From NCBI RefSeq assembly GCF_963921235.1, contig NC_086108.1:85934001-85998000 (forward strand): 64,000 nt of DNA. The letters are read 5' to 3'. This DNA is from Mobula hypostoma. Taxonomy: Eukaryota. The translations under genes and the position numbers were made by a program. A model generated the notes under the pieces. The model was not told where the DNA came from and ran no database searches. It saw only the letters and a program-made list of their open reading frames with translations. Positions within the stretch are counted from its first letter, which is position 1, and the number at the start of each line of letters is the position of its first letter. Below, one piece after another: positions 48,366 to 59,821 of this stretch.

Positions 48366-50464
48366 AGATGTTCTCAGGAAAACGTAGGGAAGAAATGTGG
48401 CAAATGTTCAGGGGATATTTGCGTGGGATTCTGAGTGGGTACGTTCCAATGAGACATGGAAAGGATGGTAGGGTACAAGATCCATGGTGCACAAAGGCTG
48501 TTGTAAATCTAGTCAAGAAGAAAAGAAGAGCTTACGAAAGGTTCAAAAAACTAGGTAATGATAGGAATCTAGAAGATTATAAGGCTAGTAGGAAGGAGCT
48601 TAAGAATGAAATTAGGAGAGCCAGAAGGGGCCATGAGAAGGCCTTGGCGGACAGGATTAAGGAAAATCCCAAGGCATTCTACAAGTATGTGAAGAGCAAG
48701 AGGATAAGACGTGGGAGAATAGGACCAATCAAGTGTGACAGTGGAAAAGTGTGTACGGAACCGGAGGAAATAGCGGAGGTACTTAATGAATACTTTGCTT
48801 CAGTATTCTCTACGGAAAAGGATCTTGGTGATTGTAGAGATGACTTGCAGTGGACTAAAAAGCTGGAGCATGTAGATATTAAGGAAAAGGATGTTCTGGA
48901 GCTTTCGGAAAGCATCAAGTTGGATAAGTCACTGGGACTGGACAGGATGTACCCCATGCTACTGTGGGAGGCGAGGGAGGAGATTACTGATCCTCTGGAA
49001 ATGATCTTTGCATCATCAATGAGGACGGGAGAGGTTCTGGAGGATTGGAGGGTTGCGGATATTGTTTCCTTATTCAAGAAAAGGAGTAAGGATAGCCCAG
49101 GAAATTATAGGTCAATGAGTCTTACTTCAGTGGTTGGTAAGTTAATGAAAAGATCCTGAGAGGCAGGATTTATGGACATTTGGAGAGGCATAATATGATT
49201 AGGAATAGTCGGTATGGCTGTGTCAAAGGCAAGTCATGCCTTACGAGCCTGATTTAATTTTTTGAGGATGTGACTAAACACATTGATGAAGGTAGAGCTG
49301 TAGATGTAGTGGATATGGATTTTAGCAAGGCATTTGGTAAGGTACCCCATGCCAGGCTTATTGAGAAAGTAAGGAGGCATGGGATCCAAAGGGACATCGC
49401 TTTGTGGATCCAGAACTGGCTTGCCCACAGAAGGCAAAGAGTGGTTGTAGACAGGTCATATTCTGCATGGAGGCCGGTGACCAGTGGTGTGCCTCAGGGA
49501 TCTGTTCTGGGACTGCTACTCTTTGTGATTTTTATAAATGACCTGGATGAGGAAGTGGAGGGATTGGTTAGTAAATTTGCTGATGACACAAAGGTTCTGG
49601 GTGTTGTGGATAGTGTGGAGGACTGTCAGAGGTTACAACGGGACATTGATAGGATGCAAAACTTGACTGAGAAGTGGCAGATGGAGATCAACCCAAATAA
49701 GTGTGAGGTGATTCATTTTGATAGGTCAAATTTGATAGCAGAATATAGCACTAATGGTAAGACTTTTGGCTGTGTGGGTGATCATAGGGATCTTGGTGTC
49801 TGAGTCCGTAGGACACTCAAAGCTGCTATGCAGGTTGACTCTGTGGTCAAGAAGGCATACAGTGCATTGGCCTTCATCAATCGTGGAATTGAGTTTAAGA
49901 GCAGAGAGGTAATGTTGCAGCTCTATGGTCAGACCCCATTTGGAGTACTGTGCTCAGTTCTGGTCACCTCACTACAGGAAGGATGTGGAAACCATAGAAA
50001 GGGTGCAGAGGAGATTTACAAGGATGTTGCCTGGATTGGGGAGCATGCCTTATGAGAATAGGTTGAGTGAACACGGCCTTTTCTCCTTGGAGTGATGGAG
50101 GATGAGAGGTGAACCGTTAGAGGTGGACAAGATAATGAGAGGCATTGATCATGTGTATAGTCAAAGGCTTTTCCCCAGGGCTGAGAGGGCACAGTTTTAA
50201 GGTGCTTGGAAGTAGGTACAGAGGAGATGTCAGGGGTAAGTTTTTTACACAGAGCGTGGTGAGTGTCTGGAATGGGCTGCCAGTGGTGGTGGTGGAGGTG
50301 GAAACGATAGAGTCTTTTAAAAGACTCCTGGATGGCTACATTGAGCTTAGAAAAATAGAGGGCTATGGGTAAAGCCTAGGTAGTTCTAAGGTAGGGACAT
50401 GTTCGGCACAGCTTTGTGGGCCGAAGGGCCTGTATTATGCTGTAGGTTTTTTATGTTTCTATGT
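48366..50464 (+). mobile_element. CR1 LINE, 5'-truncated
   Basis: ORFs 48368..50372 (GVPQGSVLG, FADDTK); tail ..TATGTTTCTATGT. Confidence 0.95.
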
Positions 50465-50660
50465 AACCACCTATAGTGAAGTTACCAGTAGCTATCTATA
50501 TTGGATAGGGCTTAAGATCTTTGTTTGAGTTTAGAACGTTGCAGGAGTCAGCAACCCCAGTACCATCACTCTACTTGCATAGGAGCATGATATTTGAAAC
50601 ACAGAAAGGAAAGGAACCCCTCAGGACCTGCTAAGATGTTTGTTGCTATGAGTGCCCACA

Positions 50661-51210
50661 TACTTAGTGTCCACTTTATTATGTACATGTGTACACCTGC
50701 TCATTAAGGAAAGTATCTAATCAGCCAATCATGTGGCAGAAACTCAGTGCATAAAGACATGCAGACATGGTCAAGAGGTTTGGTTGTTGTTCAGACCAAA
50801 CGTAAGAGTGGGGAAGAAATGTGATCTAAGTGCCTTTGTCCATGAAATGGTTGTGGGGTGGTTTGAGTATCTCAGAAACTGCTGATCTCCTGAGAATTTC
50901 ATGCACAACAGTCCCCAGCATTTACAGAGAATTGTGTGAAAAACAAAAAAAAAAGACCAGTGAATGGCATTTCTGAGGGCAAAAATGGCTTGTTAATGAG
51001 AAATGTCAGAGGGGACTGGTTCAAGCTGACAGGAAGGTGACAGTATCAAATAACCATGCTTTACAACAGTTCTCTGCAGAAAAGCATCTCTGAATGCACA
51101 ACACATCGAACCATGAAGTGGATGGGCTACAGCAGATGAATGCCACAAATATACACTCATTCGCCACTTTATTACATATAAGAGATACCTGATAAAGTGG
51201 CCACTGAGTG
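50661..51210 (+). mobile_element. Tc1-like non-autonomous element
   Basis: TIRs TACTTAGTGTCCACTTTATT / ATAAAGTGGCCACTGAGTG then TA; transposase N-terminal remnant GKKCDLS..LSISETADLL. Confidence 0.82.
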
Positions 51211-52231
51211 TATGTTGGAAACACATGGCATAGAAGGTATGATTTGTGAAAGTCTTTCCCCTCCCAAAAATTCCTGTCACCTACGTTACAAAGAAACAGG
51301 TAGACTTTTCAGAGGTGGCGGAAGGGGAAACAAAATAAATTAATTACATTTCTTCTGGAAACCCTCACTAATATCATCATTAAGTATATTCAGTCTGTAA
51401 CCAGATGAGATGCCTGTTGAAAGCAGGAGCATTGCTTTTATTTGGGGCATTTGTTCTGGCCTGCATTAACAGTACCTCACCAAATGAATTCTAACTGGAA
51501 ACTCTATTCTACTGACAAGCACCGCGATGACACTGACAGCTACACAATACAGCGGTCAATACCTCTCACAGATCGTTCGCTTCCCGTGTGTGAAAATCAT
51601 CAATCTCTCATTCATGATACACAAAACCAGATGCTTCAACAATCTATACAAATTAGTCTGAGCGTGGCTATTTTTAATTCTGCAGTCTGTGACAAACTGC
51701 TTTTGTTTATGAGTCTCCCTCACCCTGTTTTGTGCTTAGCTTGATGTAGTAGTTTCGGACATATATAGCAATCTTTACAAATTACTTTCCAAGCAGCATT
51801 TTAACATATACTACCTGTCTGAGTTATGAAATTGTCCATCCTTAGCATGCTTGCTTAAGTGTTATATCTGATGGTTGTTCATTAGAGATAGAGCAGCTGG
51901 AATGGCTCTAACAGCATGAGATAGCTCCAATTGCCATGAATTCCAGTGCAGCTGCAAAGCTGAGGCTTTAGGTCTAAACAGTGAGGATGTACAAGCTGAA
52001 ATTTTGTCCATATTGGTACTCCTAAAGCATTTCACAGAAATTATTTACCTTTGAGTTCAGTTGGAGTTTCGATGTATGCAACAAAATAAATACAAGGGAT
52101 GAAGTCAAGTCAAGTTTATTGTCATTTAACTATATACATGTATACAGTCAAATAAGACAATGTTTCTCTGGATCCGCTCTTCTTCCTTCTCAGTGTCAGG
52201 GAAGGGGAAACTATTCTGATCTGAGCTCTGG

Positions 52232-52412
52232 AAACACAAGGGACGGTAGATGATGGAGCCTGAAGGAAAAAGAAAACAAACTGCTGAGGGACTCACAGCA
52301 TATATGGAGGGAAAGGGATGGTCAGCATTTTGGATTGAACCTTGATGCAGACCATCCCACTGCCTCCACAGATGCTGCCTGATCCACAGAGTTCCTCCAG
52401 CAGTTTATTTTT
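52232..52412. repeat. Penelope-derived palindromic element
   Basis: AAACTGCTGAGGGACTC..GGGATGGTC / GACCATCCC..GAGTTCCTCCAGCAGTTT. Confidence 0.7.
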
Positions 52413-52564
52413 GCTGCTGATTCGAACCCTAGCATATGCATGCATTATTGTTCTGTATTTTGATCTTGAGCAATGCAATGTGTAGAAAGAAGCCCTAAAA
52501 AACAGGTAGAGGTGCTAGAGCATGCACATTAGTTTTCATATTTTATGTATGTGTTTATATATAT

Positions 52565-53399
52565 TGTGACGAGAATACACATAGATTAAGATGTAGCTGT
52601 CCTGTGCTGGCACCAGTGGGATCAGCAGTTGGTCTGCCACCTGACTTCAGGAGAGAGAGATAAGGAAAACAATGGAGCAGCATTTGGAGATGTGTAATGA
52701 AGGGACGGGAGAGAGAGCTGTCAAGTGCGGCTCCCCCTTTGAACCCTGAACTGTTTGAAGTGATGGACAGTCGATACCCCAGCAGGGGGATAAAAAGGGA
52801 CAGTTTCGCTAAGGCAGGACACACACGACACCCGAGGTAACGAGACCCTGGAAGCAGTGCGTCTCTCACAAGTCGGTGGGAAGTTTTGAAAGGCACGATT
52901 GGCGGGAACCTGATGTGTGTCCACCCTTGCCTGGGTGCCAGGTTCACCGCAGAGAAACGATCGTATCTGGAAACGGAGGGGTCACGGTCGGTGACCTCAG
53001 ATGACATCACAAAGGACTCGCCCGAAAGCTGACTGCGAAGGTCTGTGTGTGGAAGCCTTGAATATTCATTCGTTTTGCTCTCTCTCTCCTTCCCCCCACT
53101 GTCCATCTCCCACGGCAGCGATTACTGCGAACTGAACTGAACTAAATTGAACTGAAATTTGCGTCACTTTGAAACTGGTCATTTACCCCTGGACAACGAT
53201 AGAGCTTGATTGATCCTGTTATCTTAATTCTGTGTACATGCATGTTTATCATTGCTGAACTGTTGCATTCATTATCCTTTTGATTAGAGTACTGTGTTGC
53301 TTGTTTCTTTAATAAAACTTTCTTAGTTCTAGTAATCTAGACTCCAACTGAGTGATCCATTTCTGCTGGTTTGGCAACCCAGTTACGGGGTACGTAACA
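52565..53399 (+). mobile_element. Solo LTR (835 bp), same family as 36924-37784
   Basis: TGTGACG...CGTAACA; flanks ATAT / GTAT (4-bp TSD, one mismatch). Confidence 0.88.
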
Positions 53400-53400
<1 letters not shown>

Positions 53401-53448
<48 letters not shown>

Positions 53449-53458
53449 TATATATATA
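53401..53458. repeat. (TG)17 / (TA)n microsatellite
   Basis: Directly visible. Confidence 0.97.
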
Positions 53459-53478
53459 AAATACATAACTGTCATTCA

Positions 53479-53662
53479 TAAACATAAGAGATTCTGCTGA
53501 TGCTGGAAATCCAGAGAAATCCACACAGAAAACTGGAGGAACTCAGCAGGTTAAGCAGCATTTATAGAGAGTCCTGATGAAGTGTCTCAGATCCAAATGT
53601 CAACTCTTTATTTCTCTCCGTAGATGCTGCTAGACCTGCTGAGTTCCTTCAGCATTTTGCGT
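53479..53662. repeat. Penelope-derived palindrome with hammerhead-like core
   Basis: GAGTC CTGATGA AGTGTCTCAGATC CAAAT GTC AACTC between inverted arms. Confidence 0.78.
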
Positions 53663-53979
53663 GGGGAGCTGCCATTTGTGCAAGTTGTTTATAGATTAAT
53701 TATTCACAGGCTTTTTAAGCTTCTTTAATCTTCTCAATGGAATTTATGTTGTCCTTGTCTTCACTTTCTGACTTCAGAAAGATGCCAGTATTTGATATAA
53801 TTCAGATAAATTTTACTTAATTTCTTCCAAGTTTGAATGGGTCAATTTCTGGAACACATCACACAAGAAATGAGTACACTTTTAATTTAGTCTCCTATTT
53901 ACCTGAGATATTTATTTGTACTATACTTCAGCTGTCATATTAACATACCATCTTTAAATATCAGATTTGCTGTTCCTGC

Positions 53980-54357
53980 TCATTATACAGCTGGAGTTTA
54001 AGGCAGCAGTGAAGGTCCTCCTTCTCTGGTGGTGTCCAGGGCTTCCTTCGTCACATCAGTAGCTACTGTCAGTCATGCAAGTCCCAGGTAGAGACTCAAG
54101 AATGCCATCACACTCAGATTTAGAAGAACTCCTCATTGTTGCTTCCATTACAATTTTGTTTTACCAGTCAGGGTTGTTAGCCCTGAGCTGAAACCCTGAA
54201 CCTGGAGGATTGGTGGACCACTCTAAGTCTGGCCTCTGCCCTTTGACCAGTTTGGCATATGCAACCCGCCCAAGAACCAAAGCACAAAGCCCTGACTACA
54301 GCCAACATAACTCTCCAGGTCTTTGAGGCACGCAACTCTTCAAATCACAGCAAGGTC
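53980..54357 (-). mobile_element. Bipartite RTE-derived non-autonomous element (5'UTR fused to 3' end)
   Basis: Minus strand CCTTGCTGTG..GCGTGCCTCAAAGACC..TATGTTG..CCAGAC..CCTCCAGGTT..GGGCTAACAACCC (Expander/RTE 5'UTR-like), then RTF.AAL-type ORF end. Confidence 0.65.
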
Positions 54358-55971
54358 CTCTTGGAGGTCAGATTTACTAAGTGCTGTTCATACATTTTTA
54401 TTTTATTCATGTGAGTAAGTAAACTAACGTGAAGACAACAATGCCTCAGGCCATTGAACTTGAAGCATTTTAATATTGCCACAATTCTGATATTTCTAAT
54501 TATAAATAAAAAAATGTGAATGAAGCATGGAAATAGGTTTCTTACAAACAGGACAATCCAGACCTTAATGTCAGTCATACAGTCTGTGCAGATGGCTGGA
54601 GGCATGTCACAGCTTGTTCACAAACACAACCTTTATATAGAACTTCAAAGTGAGATGTATTAGAAAAAAAAACTTTTTTGGCATTGCCAGGTATTTCTAG
54701 TTTCTTAATTCTTATAATAAATATAACAATGAAATTCAGCTTTAAGCCCTTGAACAAGATGGGCGCTAGAGACCACAGTACTGGGTTTAATGACCAAGTG
54801 CATCTTGTTTACCTTCACGGCAGGAAAAAGCAGAACATTCAGAGATGCAAATTTTGTGTTGATTTATGAGCAGAGAGGATGAATGATTTGAATATGATTT
54901 TGAGAACAACTGCTTGCAAGGCATTGAATGAAATATGAAGCTATTCATACAAACACATAGGTAATTATTTGGGGAAAAATATTTTAGAATGGTTGTCCAG
55001 AGCAATAAGATAAACAGTAATGTTGGGAAATGTATTCAGAAGTCCTTAATTGCAAAGGGCGACTTAATATTTAGCTGAATGAATTGTGCAGAATAGGAAA
55101 ATGTGTTTTGTAATTTTTGGTAATGGTTTTAATTATTTAAAAAAGCAATTTTCAGACTGTGAAAAGATACCATTTCCCTCTATTACATTTTTTTGCCACA
55201 CTTAAAAAAAAGCACATTTCATCCTCTGTAAAGTCCCTTGGACAGTGTAAGGATTTTGAAAGTCACCATATACATGCTAGTCATCCGCTCTTTTTATAAA
55301 TACGTCTTTTATCTTAGTTCAAAGAGAAAAATGAGAAGTTTTTTTTTAACTTGGAGGAATTAGTAAAGGTTAAACATACCAGAAGCATTTTACTTTGAAG
55401 TTCAAGAATTGAAACCCTTGGCTAAATCCTTTCAGGATGGAGGAAGTGTAACTCAATGACACATCTTTTGTTTAACAGCTGAAGGAGCAAACTGGCGGAC
55501 CATAAGTTAGCACAGTGTTTAAGTCACTGGATAAGCAAAAAGATGTCTGGATCATTATTCCGCAGACCTAATTTTTATACGCCTTTTTAATATAATGGTT
55601 CATAGGATGTGAATGCCATAGGTAACAGCAATAGTTGCTGTCTATCTATGAAATCTGCTGAGAAGACTTAAATGCCAATCACTCTGGTGAATCTGCTGGA
55701 TTTGGTATTAGTATAAGCCAAACAAAGTGCCATTTCTTATACCAGTGAAAACCTTCTTTGAACATCATTAATGAGTCAGATTTTGTTTTCCAGCAATTCT
55801 GGTAAGCGAGGCTAGCTGTCTTTCCTAAGGGATTTATTTAATTATTTGAATTTAATTCCTTCATCTTTGAAGGTGAGTTTCAAACTGAGGTGAGCTGCCT
55901 CAATGATTATCACCAGAATACACTCACATCTACTGTGAAGAAGTACATTAAGAGGTTGGTAATGGCTAGGA

Positions 55972-56070
55972 TTAACTGCTGTCTCATCAAGGACCTGGAC
56001 CTGCTGCAATTTGCCTACCGCCACAAAAGGTAGATGCAATCTCACTGATTCTCCACAACCGAGCACTGGG
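55972..56070 (+). mobile_element. Short Rex1/Babar RT fragment
   Basis: KDLDLLQFAYRH..DAISL. Confidence 0.7.
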
Positions 56071-57865
56071 AGATGCATTATTTGAATTTATGCACATATA
56101 CTTTATACCCATTGCTGAAAATGGACTGGCCATCTTTTGGACAAACTTGAAAACAAGTCCTCATCTGCCCTCTTTGGTGGACTTGCCAAAGTATTACATT
56201 GAAATTCTCCCTGGTCTTATGGTCAAACAACATCATTTTGAAAAAGTTTATCGAGTCATAATTTGCAGTATTTTAAACAACGACAACTGCCAAGTACTTC
56301 AGGCTTTCCTGGAGTCAATAAGAATTATTTCGAAGTGCATTATCTAGTGAGGGGACTCAGCATTTACTGACTAGATTCCTTAACTCTTGAAAAAAGAGGA
56401 TGTGAGGCACTTTTGTGATGTGCTGCAGCCCATATGGAGATGGTACACCTGCAATGTGTTTGATAAGGCCCTTTCCAAATGACAAAGGAACATTAATAAA
56501 ATTGTGTGACTGTAGTTTGTTGGTATATTTTAGTTTCCAGTAAGTTGTTTGTAGCTAAAGGAAACTCTACTGGCAGTCACTATGTTTTTTATCTCAGTGA
56601 TGATGGAGATATCAGTTCCTGAGTATTTCTGTTTAAAGAATAGGGTTGGAGATTTTCAGGTTTCTTCAGGAACCAGTTTGGTTTTCTTAAAGTTACTACT
56701 CACAGATCAACACATTCTGTGCACCATTACAACAGCACAACCTCTAGTTTGACAGCTCACTCACACATTACTTAAAGCATTGCTTTTTAGAGAAAACCTA
56801 TTCCTTTCTGCTTGGTTATTTTGCTGCATGAGAAACCTGATCTTCTAGGTCTAGACTAGCAGCCTATTTGTTCCTGGGACCGAATTTCTAAACATATAGT
56901 AAAAGTAGGAATTGAGACGAAACACTTTGGCTAGGATGCCTCAAGATGAGCATGCTAGTTATCTGTATTCAGGAGCGGTAAGTAATCAATATATTTTGAA
57001 TTCATTTTCACTCTTGGGCTTAAGATCCAATCCAACTCATGCCATGCCCTGAAGATAAACGTATACGATCTGTGCATATCGCTGCCCTCACCACTATGCT
57101 CATGCAGGAAACATCAGTGTGCCATTTGTTTGAATGAGGTCCTGTTCCCCATGGAAATACTGTCTACTTAGCTCTTTCTTCAATGTTTTAAGTTATTTGT
57201 TGAATTATTAAGACAATTTAATTACATTTATTTTATATTTACATATTTAAAAATTTATTTTTCAATTATTCTATCTATCTCAATTAGTTTTGCCTTCTCC
57301 CGGGTGAAACTAGGGGATTTTTAATATTATGAACATGGTTTGTTTAGAGCCTTATTGAACAACTGAAAAATATAATTGCAAGGCAAGTATTTTGGAGGCT
57401 GAAACCTCTTCTTGCAGTGGAGTTCTAAATATTGCACAACTTTACAGTCTAATCCATTGCAGGCAATTACTCTTAATTTCTTCTAGATGACTATTCATCA
57501 CCTGCATTGATTACTGAATACAGGGAACTTATAAAACTTCTGGAGAGCACTTCTTTCTCTTCTATTGTAAGTACATTGCTCATCTTTCAGCTGTCCATCT
57601 TCCTCAAGCACCTGAATGTCAATTGAACAAGCTAGTGGTGATGGTGCATTAAAGTTTCTCAATTCTCAGAGGATGCTGTTCTTTCTGATCTGTATTTGCA
57701 GTAACCTCAGTATAATGCCAATTGGTTATATTGAGCAGACACAAATAGGTCCCAGATGTTTAAATAATTCTCAGGGATTTGTTTCTTAATTGTCACATTG
57801 AATAAGCACATTCTTTCAGTAAACAATGATTTACATTAAAATCTAACATATTGAGTGTTGATCAT

Positions 57866-58182
57866 TTTCAGAATCAGGCGCATTATCGCTGTCTTACATG
57901 ATCGAAGTTTGTTGTTTTGAAAGAGCAGCACTGTGTAAAAACACAAAATGACTATAAATTACAAAGTAAATAACTCGTGCATAAAAACTTGGAATAACGA
58001 GGTTGTGTTCATGGACTGTTCAGAAAACTGATGGCAGAGGGGAAGAAGTTGTTTCGGAATCATTGAGTGGGGATCTCTCGGCTCCCTGATGGTGGTGAGG
58101 ATTCTTAGTGATGGATGCTGCCTTCCTGAGGCATCACCTCCTGAAGATGTCCTAGATGGTGGCTGTGACGGGGCTGGCTGAT
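57866..58182 (-). mobile_element. Rex1/Babar 3' fragment
   Basis: Resembles 59878-60300 (GATGGCAGAGGGGAAGAAG; tail CCTGATTCTGA). Confidence 0.7.
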
Positions 58183-59067
58183 TATTATTTTTTGATTGTC
58201 TTTGCGTCTTTCAGAAAATTCTGTTCTTGGTGTTTGTTTTCTTGTGTAATTTTTGCATTAAATTCTGATTTGAGTTATAATAGGGAAATAAAAGGTTGGT
58301 GCCAGTGAAGTAAATGCATAAATTAAGCCAATTACTGGAGCTGCAGATTCCATTAACTTAAGTATAGACCAGTTTTCAGAAAAATACATTGAAAATTGTG
58401 AGAACATTTTATTTTCCAAACTTTGATGCCCATGTCCTAATGCTCACCCAGTCCAATTAACTTATCATCCCTAGGCCTAAGGTTAGGGAAGGCCTTGACT
58501 AGCTCTAACTCCTTCCTTCTTTATAGTTCTGTCTACGGTCAATCCCTCTGTGTTCATGAAATCTACCCCTGCCCTGCAAACTTCGAAGAATTTGTGCTCT
58601 GAAAAATTCCTATTTAAATCCCTACACAGCTCAATCTTTTCTTTCCCCTTTAGGAAATCATCACAATGGTTCGCTTAACAAAGAGCTGTTGTTATCGGAA
58701 TATCAACACCATAAAGTCACTCACCCTTCTCCATCTCCAAATCACATGCAGTCTCGGGATTTGATACATATTATTACTCCTTCATTGTCAATTGATTGCA
58801 TCTCTTTACCCTGCTGTTTGGTTGCAGGGGGGATTTTCGGCACAATGAATAGGCAGTTCTGGTTCTGGTTGTAGTAATGTGAATGGAATATGGAAATGAG
58901 TCCAGAGATTTGGATGGAGGTGACCACTTTAAAAGGGACACCATTTTGATGGGGTATGTGGATCAAGGTTGAAAGGAGTTAGATTAAGGTAGGGGGTGGG
59001 CATTGTGCCTGAGGTTTAGGTGACCATTTGGCCAGAAGTAGGTGTGGTCAATGCAATGCATTGATGG

Positions 59068-59297
59068 TGTAGGATTTTGCGAATAAAACATATGAGAGTC
59101 GTCTTATGTGTTTAACAAAAGCCATAGCCTTTTACTTCCAGTACAAACAAACCAAAAGCAGTCACCTGACACTGAGATCATTACATCAGACACTATCTCT
59201 TAAAGAGAACACAACACAATGATGGTGTTTGTGAATTACCTGGAACAGTTTCTATTCTGAACAATGCGTCATTTGTCACCCATTACATAACACTACA
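59068..59297 (-). repeat. 3' LTR of the Gypsy element (230 bp)
   Basis: Minus-strand termini TGTAG...CTACA, a few bases downstream of the polypurine tract. Confidence 0.72.
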
Positions 59298-59302
59298 CAA
59301 CA

Positions 59303-59322
59303 CCTCCCCCCCCCCCCCCCCC
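59303..59322 (-). promoter_or_regulatory. Polypurine tract (G17AGG)
   Basis: Lies between the integrase end and the LTR. Confidence 0.72.
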
Positions 59323-59821
59323 ATTCACCCAAACTGGCATTGTGAGTCTGTCTTGAGCTTTTACTGGCTCGGGTCCTGTGTGACTTGGTTGGAGTAACAG
59401 CAGGTGCCTCAGTCTCATCCAGAGGTGTGAAGCCAGCCACATGATCATATCCTGATGTAGGGGCATGAGAGCAGAACCATCCAGGTCTTGGTGGACTGGT
59501 TAAGGCATTCTACAGAAATACATTCAGATTTATTCTTCCTATCTACAATAAACATCTTTCCACTCTATTCCAAAGGCTAAAGACGAGTATCATGGCAACA
59601 AAAACAAATGAGGTAGAATGTAGGTCAACCGGAACCCAAGAGTGCTGTACGGTATGGGAGGTAGGAATAAGAATCGAGTTTACAGAGGAGGGTGTGGAAC
59701 GCTGAGACGCTGACAAGGTGGTCCTGGAGTTACGAATAAAATCAGCTAGAACCCGTAGAGGCTGCCCCTACATCAACGCAGCTGCAGAGGATTGCAGGTC
59801 CACTTTTGGAGCTACCCTGAG

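Noticed and set aside
37785..52564. Region between the two LTR copies as the interior of one LTR element
   Set aside because: No gag/pol, PBS or PPT; the left LTR sits inside a CR1 that continues on both sides, and the flanking duplications differ.
56090..56347. 85-aa ATG ORF in unique DNA
   Set aside because: No recognisable motif or convincing splice context; length compatible with chance.
59306..59322. C17 run as an unusual G-quadruplex element
   Set aside because: Explained as the expanded polypurine tract of the Gypsy element.
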